This document shows positions 17,055 through 26,070 of a stretch of DNA of 40,824 bases, piece by piece (position 1 is the stretch's first letter; each line of letters starts with the position of its first letter). A model generated the notes under the pieces. The model made no database searches. It was not told the DNA's origin and saw only the letters and a program-made list of their open reading frames with translations. The stretch spans positions 1-40,824 of IMG/VR virus record IMGVR_UViG_3300004776_000003; one strand, written 5' to 3'. Made by a program: the position numbers and the translations under genes. The stretch comes from a virus. Lineage: Duplodnaviria > Caudoviricetes.

Positions 17055-18185
17055 ATGAGAATTCACAACAACGATCTTCAGGATGCCTTGAAGCGTATCA
17101 AGCCTATCGTATCCGGCAAGGTTTACTTGCCTATCCTTAACCATGTCCTTATTGAATCAACACCATCAGGAGCCGTTTACCTCTACGCAACTAACCTTGA
17201 CACTGGTGTTAGAATTCAACTCAACGCAAGCCTGGACCTGGATATTGAAACTGAATTCAGGCGGGCATTGCCTTATGAAGCCTTGAATTCTTTTAGTAAT
17301 AGCCTGGATGCTACCGATTCAATTAGGATCCGCAAGCCTATTGACGAACATTCTTACGCGTACATCATGGAATCAGTATCCGGATCAGCTTCAACTAGGA
17401 TTCAAACGATTCCAGCTGAAGACTTCCCAACGTTTGACTTTTACCACACGCCTGAAGGACATGATACTGGCACTGGTGAAAACACCGATATCAACATCCT
17501 TGCCGGTATCCTTTATTGTGCAAGTGCGGACGACTCCAGGTTTAACCTTAACGGGATCTACCTGGATAGCAAAACCAACTTGTTAGTTGCAACTGATGGA
17601 CACCGACTTGCTACGCGTACTATTCCACAGGTGTTTAACCAACTTCAGACACCAGTTATCATACCTAGGTCCGGGATAAAACACCTTGAAGTGTTTTTCA
17701 AGGGGACTTCAGGTTACATTCAAGGTTACGTCACAGCGAAGCGGATCATGATATCCAACTTGTCTCGAACTATGGTTTGGACTTGCCGCCTTATGGATGG
17801 TGAATATCCGGAATACAACAAAGTCATCCCTGTAGACTTGAAGGAAACTTGCACGTTGCCGGCAAAGGAAACAAGGAAGTTTCTCAAGGGATTAAATATC
17901 AGCAAGAAGGAATATGAGAAAAATAAAGGTGTCACCATCAAATCCAATTGTTCCGGGATTAATATCTTTCGTAAAGACTCCGAAGGTAACACCACTACAG
18001 GCAACTTCAAGGGAACATTTCCTGAAGACTTTGAGATCATACTCAACAGGAACTACCTCGTTGAGCTTATCGATCATACTGACAACTTGACGTTACTCAG
18101 GCAATCAGGTTGTTCAAGTGGTGGTCCCGTTGCTATCAAGTCTTTCAATGGCAATCTCGATATCCTAATGCCCATGAGGAAGTAA
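17055..18185 (+). CDS. dnaN: DNA polymerase III beta sliding clamp
   Basis: LPILNHVLIE, ATNLD, AEDFP, DDSRFNLNGIYL, VATDGHRLA, RLMDGEYP.Y.KVIP, N..YL, LMPMR; ATG 17055 follows GAAAGGAAACAC. Confidence 0.92.
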   Translation: MRIHNNDLQDALKRIKPIVSGKVYLPILNHVLIESTPSGAVYLYATNLDTGVRIQLNASLDLDIETEFRRALPYEALNSFSNSLDATDSIRIRKPIDEHSYAYIMESVSGSASTRIQTIPAEDFPTFDFYHTPEGHDTGTGENTDINILAGILYCASADDSRFNLNGIYLDSKTNLLVATDGHRLATRTIPQVFNQLQTPVIIPRSGIKHLEVFFKGTSGYIQGYVTAKRIMISNLSRTMVWTCRLMDGEYPEYNKVIPVDLKETCTLPAKETRKFLKGLNISKKEYEKNKGVTIKSNCSGINIFRKDSEGNTTTGNFKGTFPEDFEIILNRNYLVELIDHTDNLTLLRQSGCSSGGPVAIKSFNGNLDILMPMRK

Positions 18186-18186
18186 C

Positions 18187-18264
18187 ATGAGAGTTCTCAA
18201 CTGGACTTTGATGTTGTCCTTCATGGTGTATGTGTCTCTGGCCTATTACGCTAACAAAAAATAA
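18187..18264 (+). CDS. 25-aa hydrophobic peptide
   Basis: MRVLNWTLMLSFMVYVSLAYYANKK; GAGG RBS, starts just after the dnaN stop. Confidence 0.4.
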   Translation: MRVLNWTLMLSFMVYVSLAYYANKK

Positions 18265-18381
18265 CCTCTACCTTTTAACCTTCGGGATGGACCGAGTTCC
18301 ATCCTGGAATTAAGCGGTAAAGGAATCCGCTTTTATAAGCGCCGAGTGCGTTAAATACCAACATGGAAAGGAAACAAGACT

Positions 18382-18648
18382 ATGGCAAGATTTAGGGGAA
18401 CTGTCCAGGGAAACAGGAGCGAGGCCTCAAGGTTAGGACACAAACGCCTTGTGACATCATGCAACACATGGGACATAGGCGTTGATTGTCAGGCGTACAT
18501 CGATATGGGCGGCAACGATGTTATCGTTGTTTGGGTAACAGGCGGATCTCATAATGACACCAGGTTAAAACTTATTGCAACAGTGCGGAAAGTCAACGGC
18601 CAGATTGAGATTGAAACAAACGAGTCAGTGACTTCCCTTGCGGAATAA
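18382..18648 (+). CDS. Phage hypothetical protein (MARFRGTVQG.R..ASRLG family)
   Basis: GGAAAGGAAACA RBS; followed by a terminator. Confidence 0.7.
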   Translation: MARFRGTVQGNRSEASRLGHKRLVTSCNTWDIGVDCQAYIDMGGNDVIVVWVTGGSHNDTRLKLIATVRKVNGQIEIETNESVTSLAE

Positions 18649-18656
18649 CAACCACC

Positions 18657-18687
18657 ACCAGGGCGCCCTCCGGCCCTGGTTTTTTTT
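18657..18687 (+). terminator. Intrinsic terminator closing the early cassette
   Basis: ACCAGGGC/GCCCTGGT stem followed by a T-run. Confidence 0.8.
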
Positions 18688-18776
18688 CTTGCCTCCCGCT
18701 TCTCTCTCTTTCATCCGCAAAGACGAGGGCGATACGAAAGACGAGGGCGTGCGGTGGGCTATTGGAAGGAGACAAC

Positions 18777-19061
18777 ATGGACATAGCTAAGAAGCGAGTA
18801 ATCCTCCACATGATGAGAGTCCTAAACAAACTGGCCAGCTCTTCCGCTGAGGAATCAGTAAAAAAGGCAGCTCTTCAAATGATCGAGGACTTATGGTATC
18901 AGTATTTAGTGATTGAATCTTTATCAAAAGACGAGGACGAACCAAATGCCAAAAGGAAAAGGATCCAGAAGAAGGGAAAAGGACAGAGGGAAGTACAACC
19001 TGTTTCTCAGATACTCCCGCCTTATATTGATGCTGGAGGCATTAGACGAGTATCCAGTTGA
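18777..19061 (+). CDS. Hypothetical protein overlapping the recombinase start
   Basis: AAGGAG RBS before ATG 18777. Confidence 0.45.
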   Translation: MDIAKKRVILHMMRVLNKLASSSAEESVKKAALQMIEDLWYQYLVIESLSKDEDEPNAKRKRIQKKGKGQREVQPVSQILPPYIDAGGIRRVSS

Positions 19062-20418
19062 ACATGATGGAGCATTCATGGCCCGAGCACTATTGGCAAC
19101 TGGCCACACACGCAAAGAGATCTTCACATGGAAGACTGAGAATGTCTGGGAAGATTTCAACAAAGGCAAACAAGCACCTAAGATCTGCTGTAATGGCAGA
19201 GTGTGTGAAGTCATGCCCGAGTTCGCCCCATACCTACTCCTCAGAAAAGAGATGTGCCTTAAAACTTACCAAGAGTTCCTCTTCACTGATCCTGATGAGC
19301 TAGGCATAATGGATTTCATTAAGAGCCTGTTCAAAGGCATGGGGTTAAGCGATGACAATCACACATCCAGTCCAACTAACCGCCTACGCATGACAGCATT
19401 CGTAGCTTGGGCTGCACTACACAAACATGGGCGCCTGTTCCTGGCAACTCAAGCCGGTATGCCCTACGGTTCATTCGAGTGGATATTCAAAAGAAAACAG
19501 GAGGTAATAAGACTCTTTTTAGGTGGCCAGAAACCGAAGGCTGTTCCAGTAAATACTGCCCCGGCGTCTGGCCTGCCGACGAAAGGAGAACAAATCATGG
19601 AACCATTGAAATATTTCACGGATCCCGAGCTTTGTCAAATTTATTTGGCATTACCTATCCTAGAACGTAAAAGGAAGTGGCGGCGTGCTTGCTTTCTTGT
19701 GCGTTTGGCATTAGGCTCCGGGCTAAGATCAATGGAAATACGCCAACTCACCTACAATGATGTCCTGCTCGACGAGGAGCCACCTGTTCTTATGGTAAGG
19801 AACGGCAAGGGTGGCAAGGCTCGTCACGTCCAGGTTATACCCGAGTTCGCCCCATACTTAAGGGAGTGGGTCCAGAAGGGGAAATACCCCAATGCCCTAC
19901 TACTACCCTCCATCACAAAGCTAGGGGGCAGAGATCTCACGCCAAGGGGCCTGGCACATCTCTGGTACGGTGTCCTAGATGCCTGCAAGATAAGGAAAGT
20001 GGGCATTCATACAGCTCGACATACCTTTGCAACATGGGAGACTCAACGGTTGAACATGTTCCAGCTCCAGGCAGCTCTCGGGCATGGCTCACTGCTCACC
20101 ACATCAGCGTATTACGTTCATCCGATTATGGGCATGAACTACAACAAGGTACCCAAGTGGTACGCGACAGCCCTGGATCTCTATGACGACAATATTCAAG
20201 AAGTTGAGGACGTTATAGAGTTCAAGCAAAAGGTTATAAGTTACACGGGCTTAGAGCAAAAAGATTTAGATGTTTTAGCGGTGAACATAATAAAGCGTAA
20301 GAAAGCTAAGGTGATATCGCTAAGACTTAAAATTCTCAGGAGGGAGCGTGAAGCGAAGAGAAAGAAGTTGAATGATTTCTGTCAAAGCCGTAGATTAAAA
20401 GAGAAAAAGGAGAACTAA
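18946..20418 (+). CDS. Tyrosine recombinase/integrase with tandem catalytic-type domains (degenerate N-terminal, intact C-terminal)
   Basis: C-terminal domain has SGLRSMEI, GKGGKAR, HTARHT, LGH and TTSAYY. N-terminal half aligns to it but lacks key residues. Internal AAAGGAG-ATG at 19597. Confidence 0.85.
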   Translation: MPKGKGSRRREKDRGKYNLFLRYSRLILMLEALDEYPVEHDGAFMARALLATGHTRKEIFTWKTENVWEDFNKGKQAPKICCNGRVCEVMPEFAPYLLLRKEMCLKTYQEFLFTDPDELGIMDFIKSLFKGMGLSDDNHTSSPTNRLRMTAFVAWAALHKHGRLFLATQAGMPYGSFEWIFKRKQEVIRLFLGGQKPKAVPVNTAPASGLPTKGEQIMEPLKYFTDPELCQIYLALPILERKRKWRRACFLVRLALGSGLRSMEIRQLTYNDVLLDEEPPVLMVRNGKGGKARHVQVIPEFAPYLREWVQKGKYPNALLLPSITKLGGRDLTPRGLAHLWYGVLDACKIRKVGIHTARHTFATWETQRLNMFQLQAALGHGSLLTTSAYYVHPIMGMNYNKVPKWYATALDLYDDNIQEVEDVIEFKQKVISYTGLEQKDLDVLAVNIIKRKKAKVISLRLKILRREREAKRKKLNDFCQSRRLKEKKEN

Positions 20419-20419
20419 C

Positions 20420-20884
20420 ATGGCGAATGAAGCGATTATTGAGTTGAAGTATCGACATTGCGGCGGTTGTATCAACTACTATTATGGCCAGTGCATCTTG
20501 GAGCCTACTTGGAAGCCCGTGCCTCCCGAGCATCTGTGTGGACGAGGTGTGTGGATTGAGTGGAACGCTGATGCTGGACAGTTCGCAACCTTCTATCATG
20601 GTGAGCCCAAGACATTGATACCACCTGATGCCTTAACAGAAGCCCCACAACCTCACACTCCTGCCGTGCCTCACCCCGTGCCCGTAGAGGTCCCTGAGAG
20701 CGTCGTAGAGGCTGAGATCGAACAGATAAGGGAAGATGTAGCTCGAAGCATGGAGGCGCAGGAGAAGGCAAAAGAGAAGGCTACTCAACAAACACCAAGG
20801 GCGGCCCGAATTATGGCACCGCCCATGTCTCTACAGGAAATGATGGATTATCTCAAGAAAAACCCACCACCACCGAGGATTTAA
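20420..20884 (+). CDS. HiPIP-like Cys4 domain with Pro-rich and coiled-coil tail
   Basis: CGGCINY..GQCILEP...LCGRGVW; AAGGAG RBS; stop overlaps that of the convergent gene. Confidence 0.65.
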   Translation: MANEAIIELKYRHCGGCINYYYGQCILEPTWKPVPPEHLCGRGVWIEWNADAGQFATFYHGEPKTLIPPDALTEAPQPHTPAVPHPVPVEVPESVVEAEIEQIREDVARSMEAQEKAKEKATQQTPRAARIMAPPMSLQEMMDYLKKNPPPPRI

Positions 20885-23800
20885 CGTTGCTTGGGGGGCA
20901 TAACACTTAGTTGAAGTCTCAGGGAGATTTCCTTTTCGTGTTGAGCGAGAGGGAAGTCTCCTTTTTGGAGAGCGTTCAACATATTCTGCCAATGAAGTTG
21001 TGATTCTGCCGCATTGCTATTCTGTAATCTCATTATGTTTTGCATGTAATCATTAGGAACTGCCTTCATGCCAGTAAGGAAGTTGAGAGCTGCTGATTGA
21101 AGGTTGCTCTGCTCGGGGCGCTGTGGATCCAGTTCCTTACCCGTAGCCAGTCCATACCCCAAGTTTATTCCTGGCCTGACAATATCGTTTATGATACGGC
21201 CTCCTGGAACCTGCCCCATGGCATAATCTATTCCTGCTGGTATTTTCTGCCCTGCTAGGCTTCTACTTGCATAAGAGTAATCAGTATTGTCACCGAAGAG
21301 CGGGTTGAACAAAGCACCACCTGTTTGAGCCAGGCTGCCAGTCCTCTTTGCCATCTCAGATACCCTCTGATCTATAGGCCGGCCTGTCTTGGTGTCCACA
21401 TTTGTCATTAACGAAGGTAACATGGTTAAGGCTGGAGACAATCTTCCTACTGCCGCACCAAGAGTGGCCTTAGGGGAAGGAAAGTCTCGGAGAAGATCTG
21501 AAGGTTCCTGCACTGGACTGCTTCTGGCCATCATAAAGACAGAATTGCCCGGCTGATTCTGCATACCCATAAGACTTTTCACTGGTATGCCCATTATTCT
21601 GGTTGCCGGTTCACCTTGTTGGATGAATGAGCCTGCCGCCTCTTTCTCATTCTGTGGCATAGGTGTATTGAGATTTTCCTTTGCCAGTTCGTATCGGTTA
21701 AGGCGACGAGGATCTTCTAGAAGAGACTTACCAACAGACTTAACAGAGCCTTTTGTCCAGGAATAGAAAGGAAATGCTGGCCCCAGAAGTTGTTCAAATG
21801 GAGTCTTGGCATAATCAACCTGAGCTTCATTGGTGAACTGAATCGCTCGGTTCATAGCCGCTTCTCTTTCAGCCTGTGTGCCAAGTGTCCAGTTGGGCTC
21901 ATTGCGCTTCAGGTAGTCTATGGCCGTGGCCATTCGAGTGTTTCCTTCTGCCTTTGAACCCGCCCAAAACCCCATCTTCCCTAACCTACCCATCTCTTCC
22001 CCAGCCCTTGCTACTCCCCGCATCGCTCCACCTGCAATATCACCATACTTTTCCTGCATAGTATCTGCAAGGTTTCGCATCTTGCTACCATATTCTGGCG
22101 AGCCACCTCGAGAGACATCTCCCATAAAGGTATCGGGAGAAATGTTTCCACCTACTTTGGCATTCCTCCATGCCTCTCCCGCTGTGCCAGTAGTCTGTCC
22201 ACGTTCAGTGAACATGTTCCTTAGATCTGCATTACTCATCCCTTCAAACACAGGGGCGCCTCTTTCAGCCTCCACTTTACCAGCCTCAAATGCCCGTTTA
22301 GGTAAGTTATAAGCCGGCGTGCCATGGAGGTATTGAAATGCAAGGTTCGTAGGCACGTTGTTGGAAGTCCATGCCGGAAAATATGGAAGGACTGTGTTCT
22401 TCCACCACTGCGTATAGTCTTGGAGCGCACGGTATGGCCCCATGTTCTTGATATCTTTGTAGGGATCTGGAGCATACTGATTCTCTAACCAGTTGGCTAC
22501 TGTCTTGGGTGCCTGATAGCCTTTACCACCTGGCATGTCTTCAGACAAGGCACGCCAATTAGGTTTCGGGATCATGGCTTCACTGCCAGGTAAAGTATCG
22601 CTAGGTGCCATCCATTTCAAAGGATCTATGGCGAGATTAGGATCTATATTGCCATAATTAGGCTTTCGAATGAGGTTAGGATAGTCCTTGGAACCTTTAA
22701 CAATATCTGTCGTGCCTCTCATGTCCTTAGCAGAGGCCCGTGCAGGTATGTTGGGGTTAGAGATCATGCCCTGGCTCGTGGGTTCGATTAGGCCGAGCTT
22801 CTCAAGAGTGTCATAGAGCTTGTAATAGTTACTGGAGGGCATCTCCTGTTGAATTCCCTTGGTAAAGGCTCTCATGGGATTCATTTCCCAGTTGAGATAA
22901 GGTGCCATCTGCTGTTTGAGGACGAGGGGCGCCTGATGTTTAACCAGCTCCTCGCCAGTAGATGTATAGTAGGGAGGTGTTTCCCCTGAAAGAACCTCAT
23001 TGAACTTGCCGGTTCCTTTGATCGTTGGAAGGGGAGCATCTGGCGTCATCCTCACTCCAGTTCGTGGATCCATAGGATTGCCAACAGCTCGCACATTGCC
23101 TTCATTGTCTAGGAACTGGTAGATGCCTCGTGATTTGTCAGCTCCACCCGTGGCATCAAGCCGCACATCCTTGCCAGTGAACCAGTTCTTAACCCCAGTC
23201 CATGGAGGCGCCACGGGCTCTGCCATCTGGGGCATGTAATTCAGGTTATCTTCAGCAAGGTTCTGACGAGGTTCAACGCCGCGTGCTATTTCGGCTGCTC
23301 GTATCTCGTCACGAATAGCTTCACGTGCTGCTTTCATTTCGGATATGATGGGAATTATCTCTCCATAATGTTCCGGAACCTTGCCAGCCTGTGCCCATTG
23401 ATCGAGCCATTCAGGATTCTTGTATTTAGTTAACCAGTCCGTTGCGAGTTGAGACGTTACATCGCTCTTATCGAAGTGAGTTTTTAGCTCTCCTGGCACT
23501 ATTCCCTGTTTCATCTGTTGACTAAAGGTTACAGGGACATTGCCTAAATCTAATTGCTCTCTAAGAAGGGGATCCATCTGGCCAGTTTCGGCATATTTCT
23601 TTACCGCAGGTTCAAGGACATTCGGACGCTTCGGTATATTTTGGTTCCAATATTCAAAGGCTGTTGCAAGTTGAGCATCAGTAGGTGCCACGCCTCCTTG
23701 AGCTTCAGTTATCTTCTCGATAGCTGCTTTATAGGCTGGCTCCTTCTCCGCTGCCATCTTGAGAATAGACTCATTTGAGCCAACTCGTCGGAGTGTATCA

Positions 23801-24435
23801 GCGGCAGCTTGTGCAGCATCATACTCTGCCGAGCCTTTGGGAAGCCTGTTGAAAAACTTCTTACCAAATTCTGTGCCGGCAAGAGCATCTACCCCTTGAA
23901 AGCCAAGTCGAGCTATGTCCTGGGAGATTCCCCCCATCTTTCCTATTGCTCTGGCGCCAGGGACAATAACATTCAAGGGATCTGAGATAACATCTGCCGC
24001 GAGGTGTGCCCCGGATCTACCTAGCCACTCAGGAAAACCCATGGGCGGTCCTTGAACATCCTCTGGCCGATCAAGAATTTGATAAGCGGTTAAGGGGTTG
24101 TGATGTGTCTTGAGTTGCCAACCTGCTTGGGCTCCCCGATTCCACGCCTCGGCTGCTGTGTTGAGATCCTTGTTCTTGTATAACTCCGCCGTTCCTCCCC
24201 AGTAACTCCTTAGTGGGCGTTGGAGGTTGGCAAGTAGTTCATTTAAGTTGCTTCGGTTGTCGTCAGGGAGGTTGGTATAGTCTGGCTGTGGAAGAGATCC
24301 CGAAGTAAGATCTGCTTCTGTGAACCCCGCTGAGGTTTTGGAATCGGGAACAGAGGGCCACGGATTCGCGGATCCTGGAACCATCCACTCGTCTGTGGTA
24401 GGAGTCTCTTGTTGAAGATCATCAAGTGTGGCCAT
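20881..24435 (-). CDS. Large internal virion / DNA-ejection protein
   Basis: 1184 aa, last gene of the structural arm. A..FTNEAQVDY..TPFE...FPFYSW segment resembles large podophage internal proteins. Confidence 0.65.
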   Translation of the reverse strand: MATLDDLQQETPTTDEWMVPGSANPWPSVPDSKTSAGFTEADLTSGSLPQPDYTNLPDDNRSNLNELLANLQRPLRSYWGGTAELYKNKDLNTAAEAWNRGAQAGWQLKTHHNPLTAYQILDRPEDVQGPPMGFPEWLGRSGAHLAADVISDPLNVIVPGARAIGKMGGISQDIARLGFQGVDALAGTEFGKKFFNRLPKGSAEYDAAQAAADTLRRVGSNESILKMAAEKEPAYKAAIEKITEAQGGVAPTDAQLATAFEYWNQNIPKRPNVLEPAVKKYAETGQMDPLLREQLDLGNVPVTFSQQMKQGIVPGELKTHFDKSDVTSQLATDWLTKYKNPEWLDQWAQAGKVPEHYGEIIPIISEMKAAREAIRDEIRAAEIARGVEPRQNLAEDNLNYMPQMAEPVAPPWTGVKNWFTGKDVRLDATGGADKSRGIYQFLDNEGNVRAVGNPMDPRTGVRMTPDAPLPTIKGTGKFNEVLSGETPPYYTSTGEELVKHQAPLVLKQQMAPYLNWEMNPMRAFTKGIQQEMPSSNYYKLYDTLEKLGLIEPTSQGMISNPNIPARASAKDMRGTTDIVKGSKDYPNLIRKPNYGNIDPNLAIDPLKWMAPSDTLPGSEAMIPKPNWRALSEDMPGGKGYQAPKTVANWLENQYAPDPYKDIKNMGPYRALQDYTQWWKNTVLPYFPAWTSNNVPTNLAFQYLHGTPAYNLPKRAFEAGKVEAERGAPVFEGMSNADLRNMFTERGQTTGTAGEAWRNAKVGGNISPDTFMGDVSRGGSPEYGSKMRNLADTMQEKYGDIAGGAMRGVARAGEEMGRLGKMGFWAGSKAEGNTRMATAIDYLKRNEPNWTLGTQAEREAAMNRAIQFTNEAQVDYAKTPFEQLLGPAFPFYSWTKGSVKSVGKSLLEDPRRLNRYELAKENLNTPMPQNEKEAAGSFIQQGEPATRIMGIPVKSLMGMQNQPGNSVFMMARSSPVQEPSDLLRDFPSPKATLGAAVGRLSPALTMLPSLMTNVDTKTGRPIDQRVSEMAKRTGSLAQTGGALFNPLFGDNTDYSYASRSLAGQKIPAGIDYAMGQVPGGRIINDIVRPGINLGYGLATGKELDPQRPEQSNLQSAALNFLTGMKAVPNDYMQNIMRLQNSNAAESQLHWQNMLNALQKGDFPLAQHEKEISLRLQLSVMPPKQR

Positions 24436-26052
24436 TTATCCCTCCAGCGAGGAGTACCCAGGAACAAATTGATCCTGCGGCGGTGCTTCAGCCCATTGAT
24501 CGTAAGGAGGCCGTCCATCCATCTCCCGCTGCTTTTTCTCTTCCTCAGCCTGCAAGTAGGCAAGCATCTGGTAATAGGTATCACTCTTCTCGGGAGCCTG
24601 TCCAGTTGCAGTAAGTGAACTAAAATCACCCTGCGGCTGGGAGGCCTGGGCTTGTCCACCAACTGGAGGGAGGCCTTCGGCTGACAGGACATTATTCCTA
24701 TCCTGAGATCTACTGGCTATTTCATTCTTGAGTTGAGTCCATTGATCCTCCGGGAATTGTCCAGTCATCTTCTGCCAGTTTTGTGCCGCTGCTTGATCCG
24801 ATTGTTCCTTCCACTGATCTGACAATGACTTGCCAGTAGCCGCCAGTATTGCCAACTCATTTGGATCCGCACTGAAGTCTCCCCGAGGGTTAATGAACCC
24901 CGCCGAGGATACTTTCGTTGCAGGAACAGGCATCTGTCCCGGCATACTGCTCTGATCTAGTTGAGATCCTGGGCCAGGCGTTGGTAGCGGGCCCATCTTT
25001 CGATAAGTATCTCCCCATGGGCCAGGTATAGTCTCTCTTATCATCTGCTGCTGGTTTGCAATGTCTGACTGTTGCAACTTCTTCTCTATGGCTGCCCTAC
25101 CCCCCAGGTTTTTCATCAGTGGATCTATTACCTTGTCGTCTACGTTCCCGTACTCGGGCCAAATAAACGTTTTCATGGCACTTGCAAGGTTCTGTCTGAA
25201 ATCAGCCTGCTTACCCTCACTCACTATTTTCAAGTCCTGGATCATTTTTTTAACTGTTGGATCATTCGAGTTCAGTGCAGCGTTTGTCAATTCGGAAATC
25301 CACATACTCTCGTTTAACCCTATTTGCGACGCTGCCGATCCTTGCGTTGCTCCAGCTACCTGCTTCTTGAGATCCATAAGAGAGTTGTTAAGGTTCTTGA
25401 GCTGAATATTCCAGGGATCTGTCTGAGGGTTATAGATCTTTGATTTACCCTCAGCCTCGGCAACAGCCTCTTTGGTTTTTAATGGGCCAGTAGCTTCCTG
25501 TGTTTGCCGTGCCTTTTGAACTTCAATAGGGACCATCTGCTGAGCTTGTGTAAGTGCCGATTCCCGTTTAATCTGTTCTTGTTGAGGCAATACTCCCAAC
25601 TCAAGCATTAACTTTTGAGCATCTCTTAGCCCTATCTCGCCAGTTCTAACCCTCTCCATAATCTGGGCATATTGATGGGCACGAGCTTGTTGATTGGCTG
25701 AATTGGTATCTGCAAGATCAGACTTGTGTTCAGCAAGAGGGTATCTCTGCTCCTGCTTCCACTTCTCCATCATCATTTGCTGGATATAGGCTTGTTCTTT
25801 TTGAGCCTGAGCCTGTCGTTGCTTTACCTCATTCATCTGCATCTGTCGCTGAACAATAGCCTGTTGTTGCTGTTGTTGCTGAAAGGCTCTATTCATCGCA
25901 GCTCTTTGCTCTTGTTCTTGACGGCTCTGTTGCCTATAGTCCTCCCTTTGCTGCCAGTCGTCATAGGGTAAACCACGAAACCCCTGAGGTTGTCCTCCGC
26001 CTCTTCTTCGCAGTGCTTGTCTTTGCCTTACCAGTTCTTCGAGTGTAGGCAT
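24436..26052 (-). CDS. Gln-rich coiled-coil internal virion / ejection protein
   Basis: 538 aa, Q-rich helical; lies after the nozzle; AAGGAG RBS. Confidence 0.6.
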   Translation of the reverse strand: MPTLEELVRQRQALRRRGGGQPQGFRGLPYDDWQQREDYRQQSRQEQEQRAAMNRAFQQQQQQQAIVQRQMQMNEVKQRQAQAQKEQAYIQQMMMEKWKQEQRYPLAEHKSDLADTNSANQQARAHQYAQIMERVRTGEIGLRDAQKLMLELGVLPQQEQIKRESALTQAQQMVPIEVQKARQTQEATGPLKTKEAVAEAEGKSKIYNPQTDPWNIQLKNLNNSLMDLKKQVAGATQGSAASQIGLNESMWISELTNAALNSNDPTVKKMIQDLKIVSEGKQADFRQNLASAMKTFIWPEYGNVDDKVIDPLMKNLGGRAAIEKKLQQSDIANQQQMIRETIPGPWGDTYRKMGPLPTPGPGSQLDQSSMPGQMPVPATKVSSAGFINPRGDFSADPNELAILAATGKSLSDQWKEQSDQAAAQNWQKMTGQFPEDQWTQLKNEIASRSQDRNNVLSAEGLPPVGGQAQASQPQGDFSSLTATGQAPEKSDTYYQMLAYLQAEEEKKQREMDGRPPYDQWAEAPPQDQFVPGYSSLEG

Positions 26053-26070
26053 CGTAGTTACTCCTTTATT

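Noticed and set aside
20870-20895. attP or terminator at the convergence of the two arms
   Set aside because: The two stop codons overlap in TTAA, leaving no intergenic space and no clear hairpin
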